Shown in pieces: positions 62,135 through 63,500 of a DNA stretch of 63,500 nt. The stretch is from Lama glama (taxonomy: Eukaryota): assembly GCA_028534125.1 (NCBI GenBank), contig CM052816.1:26476001-26539500 (forward strand), written 5' to 3'. Every line of letters begins with the position of its first letter. The first letter of the stretch is position 1. Position numbers and translations under genes: made by a program. Below the pieces are notes generated by a model. That model did not search any database and was not told the origin of the DNA. It saw only the letters and a list, made by a program, of their open reading frames with translations.

Positions 62135-63500
62135 GAGAAGATGGCGGAGTAGAAGGACGCTCACAGCTCACCCCTCTCCCACAAATGCACCGAGATTCAC
62201 ATCCACAGACCCACTCAGCCAACCAGAGCACCTGAGGAACTCCGACAGAACATCGCCCTCTTCAAAAGATAAAGACACCAAAAATCTGGTAGGAGAAAAG
62301 GAAAAAAGAAAGAACAAAAGGCAAAGCAGCGCAGGACGGGTCCCGCGGGGAGGGAGCGGCAAAGGAGGACTGGCGCTCGCTCGCTGGGTCTCCCCTCTCC
62401 AACTGAGAGGCCAGCGGGACGGAGGGGGAGCCTCCGAGGCTCGGATCTGTACAGAGCAGCCCTTGTCTGCCAGAACTAAGTTAAACGGGCACAGAGCGTC
62501 CCCCCGACACCCAGCCTGAGACGCGGGCCGGCAGCGGCGGGCAGGGCCAGGCTGCACAAGCCAGGCGGAGGACAGGGGCGGCTGCACGGAGGCAGCTCCG
62601 GGGGACTGCAAGGGGCTGGACGCCGTGCCTGTGGGTGTACAGGATAGAACAACCTGGGCCCTCCATAAAACAGCAAGGTTGATGTGCTCTCGGGGGAAGG
62701 GTGCATACCCCCATCTCTGAAAACCCGCGGAAACTTTTCAGGGGAAGAGAGGCGGGGCCCAGGCACAGCCGCCATATTCTCCAGCGCTTAGCACCCAGGC
62801 GGGGGCAGAGACGAAACCTGCATCCGCACCGAAGGGCTCAGCAGCCTCAAGGGCCAGACTGAGGCGGGCCTACAGCCTGGGGCAGGTGGGATCCTTCCAT
62901 CCTGGTCCCTCAGAGAACTTGCTCCACAGAGACAAACAAGGAGCTGGGTCTTGGCTCGGAGCAGGGACGAGGCTGCCCCTCGGTCTTCCCAGAGCCCACC
63001 CGCAGAGTGCTGACCAGGGCAGCGGAGCGCGCAGCCACACAGAGCAGCGGAGCTACCGCCGCAGGTAGAGGGAGAGCGGCCCCCCGCCTTTCGGGCAGGA
63101 ACGCAGCCCCTGACCTCCGTGCTGTGAGGGGGAACGACCCGCCCTCCTGCCTGGCCAGTCTGCAACATCTGACTGCGGCATCCGGAGGGGCAGTGACCCG
63201 CCCGCCCACAGCAGAGGAGAGCTGCACCTGACCCAGTGTTGGGAGGAGGCGCGATCTGCTTGCCGACAGGTGCTGGGAGCAGCACAGAAGAGGGCGCCAA
63301 TGGAGGGCCTCTGGAAACAGCAAGCTGAGCTTCCAAAACAGGACGAAGACAGAAAGACTTCACATTAAAGGCACACAGACTCCAGGAGAACACCGACACC
63401 CCCCACCATTTTTTTTTAAATCTGTTTTTACCTGTTCTATTTTCTATTACCCTCTTAATTTTTACCTCTTAATTCATTTCTATTTCTCTTGGGTTTTGAT
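62135..63500 (+). mobile_element. 5'UTR (internal promoter) of a young, probably full-length LINE-1; runs off window end
   Basis: Abrupt switch from AT-rich old L1 to GC/CpG-rich sequence starting gagaagatggcggagtagaaggacg (YY1 motif at the L1 5' end). A T-rich segment follows from ~63410, as in laurasiatherian L1 5'UTRs. Confidence 0.9.
62138..62147 (+). promoter_or_regulatory. YY1 motif of the L1 internal promoter
   Basis: AAGATGGCGG at the element's 5' terminus. Confidence 0.8.

Noticed and set aside
62135..63400. CpG island / promoter of a cellular gene, and GC-rich minus ORFs (147 aa, 203 aa)
   Set aside because: It begins abruptly inside an old L1 with the L1-type YY1 start. The ORFs are low-complexity Pro/Ala/Arg/Cys readings expected from GC-rich DNA.

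Overview
Mammalian nuclear DNA, most likely camelid (alpaca/camel). This is inferred from three tRNA-derived vic-1-type SINEs and the absence of Alu, B1, Bov-tA, CHR or PRE-1 SINEs. The window looks intronic or intergenic, with a large fraction of interspersed repeats. There are three young LINE-1 copies: a 5'-truncated RT piece at 1-700, a 4.6-kb copy at 28718-33323 with a perfect 20-bp TSD and a disrupted ORF2, and a CpG-rich 5'UTR from about 62135 to the window end. Also present are several older L1s, L2/MIR relics, solo LTRs (ERV1-, MER34-, MER21- and MLT1-like) and hAT-type DNA transposon fossils. I recognise no intact cellular protein-coding gene; the recognisable ORFs are L1/L2 debris and the rest look like chance ORFs. 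I found no convincing novel biological system. Best leads: (i) an unidentified ~450-bp polyadenylated retrocopy nested in an L2, with a TSD and a fold-back hairpin at its 3' junction; (ii) a candidate 15-nt microexon and a frame-compatible 77-nt exon on the minus strand; (iii) a ~9-kb repeat-poor stretch (39.3-48.4 kb) dense in enhancer-type motifs. Repeat subfamily names come from my memory of consensus sequences, and boundaries of old elements are approximate (tens of bp).
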